DNA of 64,000 bases from Escherichia coli. Lineage in GTDB: Bacteria; Pseudomonadota; Gammaproteobacteria; Enterobacterales; Enterobacteriaceae. Positions 23,000-42,666 of this stretch are shown here, in pieces. Under the pieces are notes generated by a model, which ran no database searches, was not told the DNA's origin, and saw only the letters and a list, made by a program, of their open reading frames with translations. The DNA is taken from the NCBI RefSeq assembly GCF_003334815.1, contig NZ_QOWO01000011.1; one strand, 5' to 3'. Positions within the stretch are counted from its first letter, which is position 1; each line of letters begins with the position of its first letter. Made by a program: the position numbers and the translations under genes.

Positions 23000-23031
23000 G
23001 TTAGATTTTTGACAAAGTGCGCTTTGTTCAT

Positions 23032-23129
23032 GCCGGATGCGACGTGAACGTCTTATCTGGCCTACAAGACCATGCAAATTCAATATATTGCATAAACCAC
23101 GTAGGCCTGATAAGCGTAGCGCATCAGGC
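23032..23129. repeat. REP/BIME element (two inverted REP units)
   Basis: GCCGGATGCGACGTGAACGTCTTATCTGGCCTAC ... GTAGGCCTGATAAGCGTAGCGCATCAGGC. Confidence 0.8.
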
Positions 23130-23192
23130 AGTTTTGTGTTTGTCATCAGTCTCAGGCCAGATTGAAATCTGACCTGATCACCTTACGTTAAT

Positions 23193-24698
23193 TTACGACG
23201 CCAGCGATAACCTCTGCTGCGTATACTCCACCAGCCACTGACTCACACGAGATTGTTGATCCGCATTTAGCCACATGCCTTGTTTTGTGCGACGCCACAG
23301 GGCGTCGTCGGCGCGGCGGACCCATTCGTGATCCACCAGGTATTTCAGCTCCGCTTCGTAGAACTCATGACCGAAATCTTCCCCGAGATCGCTTACCGTT
23401 CCCGCATTGCCGAGCAGCAGCTCGCTGTTGCTGCCGTAAGTGCGAGCGTAATGACGCGCCAGCGATTCAGTCAGGAACGGATAGCGGCGGCGCAGGCGAG
23501 CGGCATAATCGTCGCGGTCGCCTTCAATGGCGCCACCCGGTAGCACACTCTCTTTCGTCCATGCCGGGCCAATACCCTGATAATACGGCGTTAGTTTTTC
23601 CAGCGCATGTTCCGCCAGTTTTCGGTAGGTGGTCAGCTTACCGCCGAATACCGACAGCAGCGGTGCTTTGCCATTTTCATCATGAATATCAAGGGTGTAA
23701 TCACGGGTAATAGCCTGCGGCGAGTCGGACTCATCATCACACAGCGGACGCACACCGGAGTAGGTCCAGACGATATCGTCACGGCTTAACTGCTTTTTAA
23801 AGTGCGTGTTATACACATTCAGCAGGTAATTGATTTCACTCTCTTCAATCTTCACCGCTTTCGGATCGCCTTTGTACTCGACATCGGTAGTGCCGATGAT
23901 GGAAAACTCGTCCATCCACGGGATCACGAACACAATACGTTTATCTTCGTTTTGCAGAATGTAGGCTTGCTTCTGGGTATGCACGCGCGGCACCACAATA
24001 TGGCTGCCTTTGATCAGGCGAATGCCATAAGGCGAAGGCAGATGCATCCCGTCGTCGAAGAACTGTTTCACCCACGGGCCGGTGGCGTTAACCAAGCCGC
24101 GCGCTTGCCAGCTATATTTTTTGCCGGTATCGATATCTTCCGCTTCCACAATCCACAGGCCGTTTTCGCGGCGAGCAGAGGTGGCGCGAGTCCGAGTAAG
24201 CACTTCGCCGCCTTTACGCACCACCATCTGGGCGTTGGCGAGTACCAGACGGGCGTCGTCTACCCAACAGTCAGAATATTCGAATCCGCGCTTAATTTCC
24301 GGTTTTAACACTGAATTTGCGCCAAAACGCAAACCAGTTGATCCCGGCAAGCTGGTGCGTTTACCCAGATGATCGTACATAAACAGACCAATGCGAATCA
24401 TCCACGCCGGGCGCAGATGCGGACGATGTGGCAGGCGAAAACGCATCGGGAAGGCGATATGCGGGGCCATTTTCAGCAGCACTTCACGTTCAGCCAGCGC
24501 CTCGCTGACCAGGCGGAATTCATAGTGCTCAAGGTAGCGCAGGCCACCGTGAATGAGTTTTGAACTGGCGGAAGAGGTCGCGCAAGCGAGATCCTGCGCC
24601 TCCAGCATCAGCACGGATAAACCGCGTCCAGCGGCGTCTGCCGCGATACCAGCACCATTGATGCCGCCCCCTATCACAATCAGATCTTTGGTTTCCAT
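23193..24698 (-). CDS. glpD: Aerobic glycerol-3-phosphate dehydrogenase (FAD)
   Basis: ORF-track frame 23193..24713; start at ATG 24696-24698 (METKDLIVIGGGINGAG...); FAD-binding GGGxxG; 501 aa. Confidence 0.94.
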   Translation of the reverse strand: METKDLIVIGGGINGAGIAADAAGRGLSVLMLEAQDLACATSSASSKLIHGGLRYLEHYEFRLVSEALAEREVLLKMAPHIAFPMRFRLPHRPHLRPAWMIRIGLFMYDHLGKRTSLPGSTGLRFGANSVLKPEIKRGFEYSDCWVDDARLVLANAQMVVRKGGEVLTRTRATSARRENGLWIVEAEDIDTGKKYSWQARGLVNATGPWVKQFFDDGMHLPSPYGIRLIKGSHIVVPRVHTQKQAYILQNEDKRIVFVIPWMDEFSIIGTTDVEYKGDPKAVKIEESEINYLLNVYNTHFKKQLSRDDIVWTYSGVRPLCDDESDSPQAITRDYTLDIHDENGKAPLLSVFGGKLTTYRKLAEHALEKLTPYYQGIGPAWTKESVLPGGAIEGDRDDYAARLRRRYPFLTESLARHYARTYGSNSELLLGNAGTVSDLGEDFGHEFYEAELKYLVDHEWVRRADDALWRRTKQGMWLNADQQSRVSQWLVEYTQQRLSLAS

Positions 24699-24731
24699 GC
24701 TGCCCTCATTCACTTTCGTTAAAGCTCATAA

Positions 24732-24749
24732 ATGTTCGTTATCGAACAT
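24732..24749. promoter_or_regulatory. GlpR operator in the glpD/glpE divergent control region
   Basis: Perfect inverted repeat ATGTTCGTTATCGAACAT 34 bp upstream of the glpD start. Confidence 0.65.
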
Positions 24750-24809
24750 ATTAGCAAAGAATCGCGCTTTAGGTAACATTGAAAAAACATTTTAGAGTGA
24801 TATGTATAA

Positions 24810-25214
<405 letters not shown>

Positions 25215-25246
25215 CGCTTTATACTGTCCCCTTTTGTGTGGAATAA

Positions 25247-26089
<843 letters not shown>

Positions 26090-26105
26090 TTCCAGGGATT
26101 TATAA

Positions 26106-26864
26106 ATGAAACAAACACAACGTCACAACGGTATTATCGAACTGGTTAAACAGCAGGGTTATGTCAGTACCGAAGAGCTGGTAGAGCATTTCTCCGTCAG
26201 CCCGCAGACTATTCGCCGCGACCTCAATGAGCTGGCGGAGCAAAACCTGATCCTGCGCCATCATGGCGGTGCGGCGCTGCCTTCCAGTTCGGTTAACACG
26301 CCGTGGCACGATCGCAAGGCCACCCAGACCGAAGAAAAAGAGCGCATCGCCCGCAAAGTGGCGGAGCAAATCCCCAATGGCTCGACGCTGTTTATCGATA
26401 TCGGCACCACGCCGGAAGCGGTAGCGCACGCACTGCTCAATCACAGCAATTTGCGCATTGTCACCAACAATCTCAACGTTGCTAACACGTTGATGGTAAA
26501 AGAAGATTTTCGCATCATTCTCGCCGGTGGCGAATTACGCAGCCGCGATGGCGGGATCATTGGCGAAGCGACGCTCGATTTTATCTCCCAGTTCCGCCTT
26601 GATTTCGGCATTCTGGGGATAAGCGGCATCGATAGCGACGGCTCGCTGCTGGAGTTCGATTACCACGAAGTTCGCACCAAACGCGCCATTATTGAGAACT
26701 CGCGCCACGTTATGCTGGTTGTCGATCACTCGAAATTTGGCCGTAACGCGATGGTCAATATGGGCAGCATCAGCATGGTAGATGCCGTCTACACCGACGC
26801 CCCGCCGCCAGTAAGCGTGATGCAGGTGCTGACGGACCACCATATTCAACTGGAGCTGTGCTGA
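26106..26864 (+). CDS. glpR: Glycerol-3-phosphate regulon repressor (DeoR family)
   Basis: 252 aa; N-terminal HTH, DeoR-type sugar-phosphate domain. Confidence 0.93.
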   Translation: MKQTQRHNGIIELVKQQGYVSTEELVEHFSVSPQTIRRDLNELAEQNLILRHHGGAALPSSSVNTPWHDRKATQTEEKERIARKVAEQIPNGSTLFIDIGTTPEAVAHALLNHSNLRIVTNNLNVANTLMVKEDFRIILAGGELRSRDGGIIGEATLDFISQFRLDFGILGISGIDSDGSLLEFDYHEVRTKRAIIENSRHVMLVVDHSKFGRNAMVNMGSISMVDAVYTDAPPPVSVMQVLTDHHIQLELC

Positions 26865-28444
26865 TCCTGCACGGCTTCCCACGTCAGACCAAAACGCGCC
26901 AGGTATTTGCGTAGCCGATCCGCGTCATTGACGCTGGCTTTGCCCTGGCGCGAAACGTCAAAAAGCTGGCGTCCGGCTGCGGAAAGCGACTTTGCCTGGC
27001 GGCAGATAGCGATAACGTGTTCCAGTTGCATACGGTCGAAGAGATCGATGTTTTCTGCCTCTGCGCCCAGCAACGCCGTAAGCGCGGAGGGGCGGCTCTC
27101 CTGCCAGTTATAGCGCAGACGGTTTATCTCATCTTCAACCACGTCCAGAGTGATGCGTCCGCTAGTGGCAAAGGTGGCCATCCGCGTGACGCTGGCAGAA
27201 AGTTCGCGAAAGTTACCGCGCCATGTTGCCTGGGGAGAGGTCGCAAAAGCCAACCAGGCGCGCCGCGCTTCGGTGTTAAAACGCACGCTGTCGCCAGTGA
27301 GTGAGGCGTGGCGCTCCACTTCATAATCCAGGTTCGGTTCAATATCTTCCTGGCGCTGGCGTAGACCCGGCAGGGTGAAGGTCCAGAGATTGATCCGCGC
27401 GTACAGATCTTCGCGAAATTTGCCTTCGGCAACCAGCTGGCGCAAATCGCGCACCGTTCCGGCGATAAGCTGAAAATCACTGCTCACCTGGCGATCGCTG
27501 CCAAACGGGTAAAAGGTTTTCTCTTCAATGGCTTTCAGCAGCATTGCCTGTTCGTCTGCGCCCAGTTCGCCAATCTCATCAAGAAACAACATTCCGCCGT
27601 TGGCGCTGCGTAATAAACCTTCACGAGATTCCCGCGCCCCGGTAAACGCGCCTTTTACATGACCAAACAGCGTCGACATGGCGGTATCGCCGCGCAGGGT
27701 GGCGCAGTTCACTTCCACAAACGCGCCGCTAAACTGATGCCGCGCCTGTTTTAACTCGAAGATGCGTCGCGCCAGAAATGACTTGCCCGCGCCGGTTGGA
27801 CCGTTAAGCAGAATCGGCGCGCGGGATTTGATCGCCACTTTTTCGATCTGCTCAATCATGCGGTTGAAGTGGGGGTTACGCGTGGCAATGCCGGACTTAA
27901 GAAAATCAAGCGTTTGCTGGCGTTCCTCGGCAAAGCGGCTGGCGATGGCGTTATAACGGCTTAAATCGAGATCGATAATCGTTACTTCACCTGGGCCGCG
28001 CGGCTGTTCTTTTTTGCGCGGAGGTGAAGATTGTATCAGCCGGGCGGGCAGGTAACGCGCTTCTGCCAGCAGAAACCAGCAAATCTGCGCGACGTGGGTA
28101 CCGGTGGTGATGTGAATTAAATAGTCTTCTTTTTCTGGCTGAAACTCGTAACCACGGGCGAAATCATGCAGGCAGGCGTAGACCTCTTCGAAATCCCACG
28201 GGTTATGCAGTTCAATCTCAACGCTCACCACTTCTGTTTCTGGCGAAACGCTGGCGATATCGCGTTTAAGCGTTTCAAATAGCGAGCGCGAGCGGGCGTC
28301 GTGCAACAATTCCAGTCGATCGATGACCAACGATTCTTGCTGGCATAAACAGAGTGTCGGACGCCATTTTGACCAGCGCTGACTGCCGCGCCCGGCATAA
28401 TCCAGTACGGTACCGACAAAGCCAAAAGCCACTGTTTTACGCAT
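26846..28444 (-). CDS. rtcR: Sigma54-dependent transcriptional activator of rtcBA
   Basis: 532 aa; AAA+ Walker A GPTGAGKS and the GAFTGA motif typical of bacterial enhancer-binding proteins; divergent from rtcB. Confidence 0.93.
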   Translation of the reverse strand: MRKTVAFGFVGTVLDYAGRGSQRWSKWRPTLCLCQQESLVIDRLELLHDARSRSLFETLKRDIASVSPETEVVSVEIELHNPWDFEEVYACLHDFARGYEFQPEKEDYLIHITTGTHVAQICWFLLAEARYLPARLIQSSPPRKKEQPRGPGEVTIIDLDLSRYNAIASRFAEERQQTLDFLKSGIATRNPHFNRMIEQIEKVAIKSRAPILLNGPTGAGKSFLARRIFELKQARHQFSGAFVEVNCATLRGDTAMSTLFGHVKGAFTGARESREGLLRSANGGMLFLDEIGELGADEQAMLLKAIEEKTFYPFGSDRQVSSDFQLIAGTVRDLRQLVAEGKFREDLYARINLWTFTLPGLRQRQEDIEPNLDYEVERHASLTGDSVRFNTEARRAWLAFATSPQATWRGNFRELSASVTRMATFATSGRITLDVVEDEINRLRYNWQESRPSALTALLGAEAENIDLFDRMQLEHVIAICRQAKSLSAAGRQLFDVSRQGKASVNDADRLRKYLARFGLTWEAVQDQHSSS

Positions 28445-28578
28445 CTTAGATATCCTTATAAAAGACGATATTTCATTATCGGTAAATTGGCTTTGCGGGA
28501 AATCTCCGGTTACGGACGTAAAGATATAATCTTTTTTAAAACAATGAATTAAAAAATTAAGCTGCTTATTTAATTTTC

Positions 28579-28594
28579 TGGCACGACGGTTGCA
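28579..28594 (+). promoter_or_regulatory. Sigma54 (-24/-12) promoter of rtcBA
   Basis: TGGCAC-gacgg-TTGCA, a match to the TGGCAC-N5-TTGCA consensus, 39 bp upstream of the rtcB ATG. Confidence 0.8.
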
Positions 28595-28632
28595 ATTATC
28601 AGGACAGCAAACAACGAAAAGAGAAAAACAAA

Positions 28633-29859
28633 ATGAATTACGAATTACTGACCACTGAAAATGCCCCGGTAAAAATGTGGACCAAAGGCGTGCCGGTAGA
28701 GGCCGATGCGCGTCAGCAACTTATTAATACGGCGAAGATGCCGTTTATTTTCAAACATATTGCGGTAATGCCTGATGTACACCTGGGTAAAGGTTCCACC
28801 ATTGGTAGCGTGATCCCGACCAAAGGGGCGATTATTCCGGCGGCGGTGGGCGTGGATATTGGCTGTGGAATGAACGCGCTGCGTACCGCGTTAACGGCGG
28901 AAGACCTGCCTGAAAACCTGGCAGAGCTGCGTCAGGCGATTGAAACGGCCGTGCCGCACGGGCGTACCACTGGCCGTTGTAAACGTGATAAAGGTGCCTG
29001 GGAAAATCCACCTGTTAACGTCGATGCTAAATGGGCTGAGCTTGAAGCCGGTTATCAGTGGTTAACGCAAAAATATCCCCGTTTCCTGAATACCAATAAC
29101 TATAAACACCTGGGAACGCTGGGAACCGGTAACCACTTTATTGAAATCTGCCTTGATGAGTCGGACCAGGTGTGGATTATGCTGCACTCCGGTTCACGCG
29201 GAATTGGTAACGCCATCGGGACTTACTTTATCGATCTGGCACAAAAAGAGATGCAGGAAACGCTTGAGACGTTGCCGTCGCGTGATCTGGCGTACTTTAT
29301 GGAAGGTACGGAATACTTTGATGATTACCTGAAAGCCGTGGCCTGGGCGCAGCTTTTTGCCAGCCTTAACCGCGATGCGATGATGGAAAACGTGGTAACG
29401 GCATTGCAGAGCATTACGCAGAAAACGGTCAGACAGCCACAAACGCTGGCGATGGAAGAGATCAACTGTCACCACAACTATGTGCAAAAAGAACAGCACT
29501 TTGGTGAAGAGATCTACGTGACGCGTAAAGGCGCGGTGTCTGCGCGTGCTGGTCAATATGGAATTATTCCCGGTTCGATGGGAGCAAAAAGCTTTATCGT
29601 CCGTGGGCTGGGAAATGAAGAGTCGTTCTGTTCGTGCAGCCACGGTGCCGGGCGGGTAATGAGCCGAACTAAAGCGAAAAAACTGTTCAGCGTGGAAGAT
29701 CAAATTCGTGCCACCGCGCATGTGGAATGCCGTAAAGATGCCGAAGTGATCGACGAAATCCCGATGGCGTATAAAGATATTGATGCGGTGATGGCGGCAC
29801 AAAGCGATCTGGTGGAAGTTATCTATACCCTGCGTCAGGTGGTGTGCGTAAAAGGATAA
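28633..29859 (+). CDS. rtcB: RNA-splicing ligase RtcB (3'-phosphate/5'-OH RNA ligase)
   Basis: 408 aa; RtcB family sequence. Confidence 0.94.
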   Translation: MNYELLTTENAPVKMWTKGVPVEADARQQLINTAKMPFIFKHIAVMPDVHLGKGSTIGSVIPTKGAIIPAAVGVDIGCGMNALRTALTAEDLPENLAELRQAIETAVPHGRTTGRCKRDKGAWENPPVNVDAKWAELEAGYQWLTQKYPRFLNTNNYKHLGTLGTGNHFIEICLDESDQVWIMLHSGSRGIGNAIGTYFIDLAQKEMQETLETLPSRDLAYFMEGTEYFDDYLKAVAWAQLFASLNRDAMMENVVTALQSITQKTVRQPQTLAMEEINCHHNYVQKEQHFGEEIYVTRKGAVSARAGQYGIIPGSMGAKSFIVRGLGNEESFCSCSHGAGRVMSRTKAKKLFSVEDQIRATAHVECRKDAEVIDEIPMAYKDIDAVMAAQSDLVEVIYTLRQVVCVKG

Positions 29860-30879
<1,020 letters not shown>

Positions 30880-30892
30880 TGCAGAGATGTAA

Positions 30893-30916
30893 GCCGGATC
30901 TGGCGCGTTATCCGGC
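30893..30916. terminator. REP-like hairpin between the convergent rtcA and malT ends
   Basis: GCCGGAT-ctggcgcgtt-ATCCGGC palindrome in the 42-bp convergent gap. Confidence 0.35.
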
Positions 30917-30921
30917 TAAAC

Positions 30922-33633
<2,712 letters not shown>

Positions 33634-34134
33634 TCACTTCACTGTGGAAAATGAGGAAATATTATTTTTTTTGCGCTTCGTAATTAATGGTTATAAGGTC
33701 GGCCAGAAACCTTTCTAATGCAAGCGATGACGTTTTTTTATGTGTCTGAATTTGCACTGTGTCACAATTCCAAATCTTTATTAACAACTCACCTAAAACG
33801 ACGCTGATCCAGCGTGAATACTGGTTTCCCTTATGTTCATCAGATTCATTTAAGCAAGGGTTTCTTCTTCATTCCTGATGAAAGTGCCATCTAAAAAGAT
33901 GATCTTAATAAATCTATTAAGAATGAGATGGAGCACACTGGATATTTTACTTATGAAACTGTTTCACTCCTTTACTTAATTTATAGAGTTACCTTCCGCT
34001 TTTTGAAAATACGCAACGGCCATTTTTTGCACTTAGATACAGATTTTCTGCGCTGTATTGCATTGATTTGATGCTAATCCTGTGGTTTGCACTAGCTTTA
34101 AGTGGTTGAGATCACATTTCCTTGCTCATCCCCG

Positions 34135-34175
34135 CAACTCCTCCCTGCCTAATCCCCCGCAGGATGAGGAAGGTC
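34135..34175 (+). promoter_or_regulatory. MalT-box region of the malPQ promoter
   Basis: GGATGA / GGAGGA-type hexamers (CTCCTCCC ... CAGGATGAGGAAGG) 60-100 bp upstream of malP. Confidence 0.45.
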
Positions 34176-34214
34176 AACATCGAGCCTGGCAAACTAGCGA
34201 TAACGTTGTGTTGA

Positions 34215-36632
<2,418 letters not shown>

Positions 36633-36641
36633 GGAAGCTCG

Positions 36642-38726
36642 ATGGAAAGCAAACGTCTGGATAATGCCGCGCTGGCGGCGGGGATTAGCCCCAATTACAT
36701 CAATGCCCACGGTAAACCGCAGTCGATTAGCGCCGAAACCAAACGGCGTTTGCTTGACGCGATGCATCAACGTACCGCCACGAAAGTGGCGGTAACGCCA
36801 GTCCCGAATGTCATGGTTTATACCAGCGGCAAAAAAATGCCGATGGTGGTGGAGGGCAGCGGCGAATATAGCTGGCTGCTGACCACCGAAGAAGGAACGC
36901 AGTACAAAGGCCATGTAACGGGGGGCAAAGCGTTCAATCTACCGACGAAGCTGCCGGAAGGTTATCACACGCTGACACTCACCCAGGACGACCAGCGCGC
37001 GCATTGCCGGGTGATTGTCGCCCCGAAACGCTGTTACGAACCGCAGGCGTTGCTGAATAAACAAAAGCTGTGGGGTGCCTGCGTTCAGCTTTATACGCTG
37101 CGATCGGAAAAAAACTGGGGTATTGGGGATTTTGGCGATCTCAAAGCGATGCTGGTGGATGTGGCAAAACGTGGCGGGTCGTTCATTGGCCTGAACCCGA
37201 TTCATGCGCTCTATCCGGCAAATCCGGAGAGCGCCAGCCCATACAGCCCGTCTTCTCGCCGTTGGCTGAATGTGATTTATATCGACGTTAACGCCGTTGA
37301 AGATTTCCATCTTAGCGAAGAGGCTCAGGCCTGGTGGCAGTTGCCGACCACGCAACAGACGCTGCAACAGGCGCGCGATGCCGACTGGGTCGATTACTCC
37401 ACGGTTACCGCCCTAAAAATGACAGCATTACGAATGGCGTGGAAAGGTTTCGCGCAACGTGATGATGAGCAGATGGCCGCGTTTCGCCAGTTTGTTGCAG
37501 AGCAGGGCGACAGCCTGTTCTGGCAGGCAGCCTTTGATGCGCTACATGCCCAGCAAGTGAAAGAGGACGAAATGCGCTGGGGCTGGCCTGCATGGCCAGA
37601 GATGTATCAGAACGTGGATTCACCAGAAGTGCGTCAGTTCTGCGAAGAACATCGTGATGACGTCGATTTTTATCTCTGGTTGCAGTGGCTGGCTTACAGC
37701 CAGTTTGCCGCCTGCTGGGAGATAAGCCAGGGCTATGAAATGCCGATTGGCTTGTATCGTGATCTGGCGGTTGGCGTAGCGGAAGGTGGGGCGGAAACCT
37801 GGTGTGACCGTGAACTATATTGCCTGAAAGCATCGGTTGGCGCGCCGCCGGATATCCTCGGCCCGTTGGGGCAGAACTGGGGATTACCGCCAATGGACCC
37901 GCATATCATCACCGCGCGTGCCTATGAACCGTTTATCGAGCTGTTGCGTGCCAATATGCAAAACTGCGGCGCATTACGAATTGACCATGTGATGTCGATG
38001 CTGCGTTTGTGGTGGATACCGTATGGCGAGACGGCAGATCAGGGCGCGTATGTTCACTATCCGGTGGATGATCTGCTCTCGATTCTGGCACTCGAAAGTA
38101 AACGTCATCGCTGTATGGTGATTGGTGAAGATCTCGGTACCGTACCGGTAGAGATTGTCGGTAAGCTGCGCAGCAGCGGTGTGTACTCTTACAAAGTGCT
38201 CTATTTCGAAAACGACCACGAGAAGACGTTCCGTGCACCGAAAGCGTATCCGGAGCAGTCGATGGCGGTTGCGGCGACACATGACCTGCCAACGCTGCGC
38301 GGTTACTGGGAGAGCGGGGATCTAACGCTGGGCAAAACCCTGGGGCTGTATCCGGATGAAGTGGTACTGCGCGGTCTGTATCAGGATCGCGAACTGGCGA
38401 AGCAAGGGCTGCTGGATGCACTGCATAAATATGGTTGTCTGCCGAAACGTGCCGGGCATAAGGCATCGTTGATGTCGATGACGCCGACGCTGAACCGTGG
38501 TTTGCAGCGCTACATTGCCGACAGTAACAGTGCTCTGTTAGGACTACAGCCGGAAGACTGGCTGGATATGGCCGAACCGGTGAATATTCCTGGCACCAGT
38601 TACCAGTATAAAAACTGGCGACGCAAGCTTTCCGCAACGCTTGAGTCGATGTTTGCCGATGATGGCGTGAACAAGTTGCTGAAGGATTTGGACAGACGGC
38701 GCAGAGCTGCAGCGAAGAAGAAGTAG
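36642..38726 (+). CDS. malQ: 4-alpha-glucanotransferase (amylomaltase)
   Basis: 694 aa; GH77 family; follows malP by 9 bp. Confidence 0.95.
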   Translation: MESKRLDNAALAAGISPNYINAHGKPQSISAETKRRLLDAMHQRTATKVAVTPVPNVMVYTSGKKMPMVVEGSGEYSWLLTTEEGTQYKGHVTGGKAFNLPTKLPEGYHTLTLTQDDQRAHCRVIVAPKRCYEPQALLNKQKLWGACVQLYTLRSEKNWGIGDFGDLKAMLVDVAKRGGSFIGLNPIHALYPANPESASPYSPSSRRWLNVIYIDVNAVEDFHLSEEAQAWWQLPTTQQTLQQARDADWVDYSTVTALKMTALRMAWKGFAQRDDEQMAAFRQFVAEQGDSLFWQAAFDALHAQQVKEDEMRWGWPAWPEMYQNVDSPEVRQFCEEHRDDVDFYLWLQWLAYSQFAACWEISQGYEMPIGLYRDLAVGVAEGGAETWCDRELYCLKASVGAPPDILGPLGQNWGLPPMDPHIITARAYEPFIELLRANMQNCGALRIDHVMSMLRLWWIPYGETADQGAYVHYPVDDLLSILALESKRHRCMVIGEDLGTVPVEIVGKLRSSGVYSYKVLYFENDHEKTFRAPKAYPEQSMAVAATHDLPTLRGYWESGDLTLGKTLGLYPDEVVLRGLYQDRELAKQGLLDALHKYGCLPKRAGHKASLMSMTPTLNRGLQRYIADSNSALLGLQPEDWLDMAEPVNIPGTSYQYKNWRRKLSATLESMFADDGVNKLLKDLDRRRRAAAKKK

Positions 38727-38739
38727 AGTGCGGTTGATG

Positions 38740-38826
38740 CCGGATGCGATGCTTGACGCGTCTTATCCGGCCTACTAATTCATCCCGAATCGTAGGCCGG
38801 ATAAGGCGGTCACGCCGCATCCGGCA
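38740..38826. repeat. REP/BIME element between malQ and gntT
   Basis: GCCGGATGCGATGCTTGACGCGTCTTATCCGGCCTAC ... GTAGGCCGGATAAGGCGGTCACGCCGCATCCGGCA. Confidence 0.85.
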
Positions 38827-38836
38827 GTCAGTGTTA

Positions 38837-40153
38837 TCAAATCACCATATTCAGCAGCAGACAGCCTACCAGACCGCACACCGAGATAATGGTTTCCAGC
38901 ATCGACCAGGATTTGATGGTCTCGCCGATAGTCAGGTTAAAGTACTCTTTGAACAGCCAGAAGCCCGGATCGTTCACATGAGAGAAAATCACACTACCGG
39001 AACCAACCGCAATAACCATCAGCTCCGGGCTAACACCCGTCGTTGCAATCAGCGGTGCCGCGATACCACCCGCAGTGATTGCCGCAACGGTTGCGGAACC
39101 CAGCGCGATACGCAGTACGGCAGCAATCGACCAGGCCATCAGCAGCGGAGAAATGTTGGTTTCGTGCATCATGGAAGCAATGTATTTGTCCACGCCGCTG
39201 TCTACCAGCACCTGCTTGAACGCACCGCCACCACCGATGATCAACAGCATCATCGCAATGATTTTGATGGAAGAAACCAGCGTGTCGTTAATCTGATCCA
39301 TTGAACGACCACGGTTTAGACCAAAGGTGAACATCGCAATCAGCACGGCAATCAGCGTTGCCATTACCGGGTCACCGAGGAACTCCGCTACCGGCAGGAA
39401 AGCGTGACCTTTCGGCAGGATCATTTCGGCAATCGCACGCATCGCCATCAGTACTACCGGCACCAGAGAGGTCCAGACGCTGACGCCAAAGCTCGGCATC
39501 TCTTCTTCGCTGAAGGTTTTCGCGCTGTAGAGACCTTCCGGAATTGGCTTATCGATACCTTTCAACACGCGAGCGTAAACCGGACCGGCGAGAATCACGG
39601 TCGGGATTGCCAGAATAGTACCGTACAGCAGGGTTTTACCCATATCGGCATTGAAAATGGTGGCAATCGCAGTCGGACCCGGATGCGGTGGCAGGAAGCC
39701 GTGGGTCACAGACAGTGCAGCCGCCATTGGTACACCAACATACAGCAGTGGAATATTCGCAGAAGCCGCGATGGTAAACACCAGCGGCAGCATCAGCACA
39801 AAGCCCACTTCATAGAACAGGGCAAAACCAACGGTAAAACCGGTCAGTACCACCGCCCACTGGATGTGTTTTTTACCAAATTTGGCAATCAGCGTGGTGG
39901 CGATACGTTGTGCGCCACCGCAGTCTGCCAGCATTTTGCCCAGCATTGCGCCAAAACCCATGATCAGGGCAAGGCTACCGAGCGTCCCGCCGACACCGGC
40001 TTTGATGGAGCCAATAACTTTATCCAGCGGCATTCCTTGCATTAATCCAACAGCAAGCGCCACGAGGACGAGAGCGATGAAGCCGTTCATTTTGAAGCGG
40101 ATCATCAGGAGCAACAACAAGATTACACCGATAGCAACAATGACTAATGGCAT
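38837..40153 (-). CDS. gntT: High-affinity gluconate permease (GntP family)
   Basis: 438-aa membrane protein paralogous to gntU in this window. Confidence 0.92.
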   Translation of the reverse strand: MPLVIVAIGVILLLLLMIRFKMNGFIALVLVALAVGLMQGMPLDKVIGSIKAGVGGTLGSLALIMGFGAMLGKMLADCGGAQRIATTLIAKFGKKHIQWAVVLTGFTVGFALFYEVGFVLMLPLVFTIAASANIPLLYVGVPMAAALSVTHGFLPPHPGPTAIATIFNADMGKTLLYGTILAIPTVILAGPVYARVLKGIDKPIPEGLYSAKTFSEEEMPSFGVSVWTSLVPVVLMAMRAIAEMILPKGHAFLPVAEFLGDPVMATLIAVLIAMFTFGLNRGRSMDQINDTLVSSIKIIAMMLLIIGGGGAFKQVLVDSGVDKYIASMMHETNISPLLMAWSIAAVLRIALGSATVAAITAGGIAAPLIATTGVSPELMVIAVGSGSVIFSHVNDPGFWLFKEYFNLTIGETIKSWSMLETIISVCGLVGCLLLNMVI

Positions 40154-40313
40154 GATTTACCTGGCCTTTCATTTGTTATGGGTAACGTCAATTTTCTGAC
40201 GACAAACTCTAATTATCCCAATCGGGAACAGAGATATTGCGGCACCACGACTGATACCCACTAAAACTAATTATTGTAGTCAGATGTCAGGAGTATGTTT
40301 GGTACCCATGTGA

Positions 40314-40329
40314 ATGATACGGGTAACAT
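40314..40329. promoter_or_regulatory. GntR operator in the gntT promoter
   Basis: ATGATACGGGTAACAT, same half-site architecture as the gntK operator. Confidence 0.55.
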
Positions 40330-40456
40330 CTGGCGTTTGAGAATCACCAGAGCGGGGTAAATTTAAATTATGAGAGGTTGGTCATATTATCGCGGGGAAA
40401 CGAACCGAGGATTTGACAAAGCAATGCTGCGCCAACGTCTGGCACATGTTCAACGT

Positions 40457-40512
<56 letters not shown>

Positions 40513-41088
40513 TTAGTAGTAGGAGTGTTCGCCGCGCTGGTGTTCGGTGAGATCGCGCACACCTTTCAGCTCCGGGAATTCGTTCAGCAGCTGCTTCTCG
40601 ATCCCTTCTTTCAGCGTCACATCGACCATGGAACAACCGTTACAGCCGCCGCCAAATTGCAGAATGGCGTAACCGTCTTCGGTGATTTCCATCAGCGAAA
40701 CGCGACCACCGTGACCAGCAAGCTGTGGGTTGATCTGCGACTGCAGCATATACTCCACGCGCTCCATCAGCGGTGCATCGTCTGCCACTTTACGCATTTT
40801 GGCGTTCGGGGCTTTCAGCGTTAACTGGGAACCCAACTGGTCGGTAACAAAATCGATCTCTGCATCTTCCAGGTATGGTGCGCTTAACTCATCAACATAC
40901 GCGGTCAGCAGGTCAAATTTCAGGGCTGTGTCGGTGGCTTCCACAGCGTCCGGCGGACAATAAGAAACGCCACATTCAGCGTTAGGCGTGCCAGGGTTAA
41001 TCACAAATACGCGGATTTGTGTCCCTTCTTCCTGATTTGCCAGCAGTTTGGCAAAGTGCGCTTGTGCAGCATCGGAAATACGGATCAT
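40513..41088 (-). CDS. nfuA: Fe/S cluster carrier protein NfuA
   Basis: 191 aa; C-terminal Nfu domain with GGGCNGC (CxxC) motif. Confidence 0.92.
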
Positions 41089-41146
41089 AGTAATGGCCTA
41101 ATAGTTGACTATTTTAGTTGGTTATAATACGCCCATCATCGAGGCT

Positions 41147-42638
<1,492 letters not shown>

Positions 42639-42666
42639 GTGGCTTTTGAAATGGCGAGACAGAACT

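Noticed and set aside
23032-23129. Possible CRISPR array suggested by repeated GCCGGATG...CCGGC palindromes here and at 38740, 46932 and 61205
   Set aside because: These are dispersed REP/BIME palindromes, not regularly spaced direct repeats with unique spacers, and no cas genes are present.
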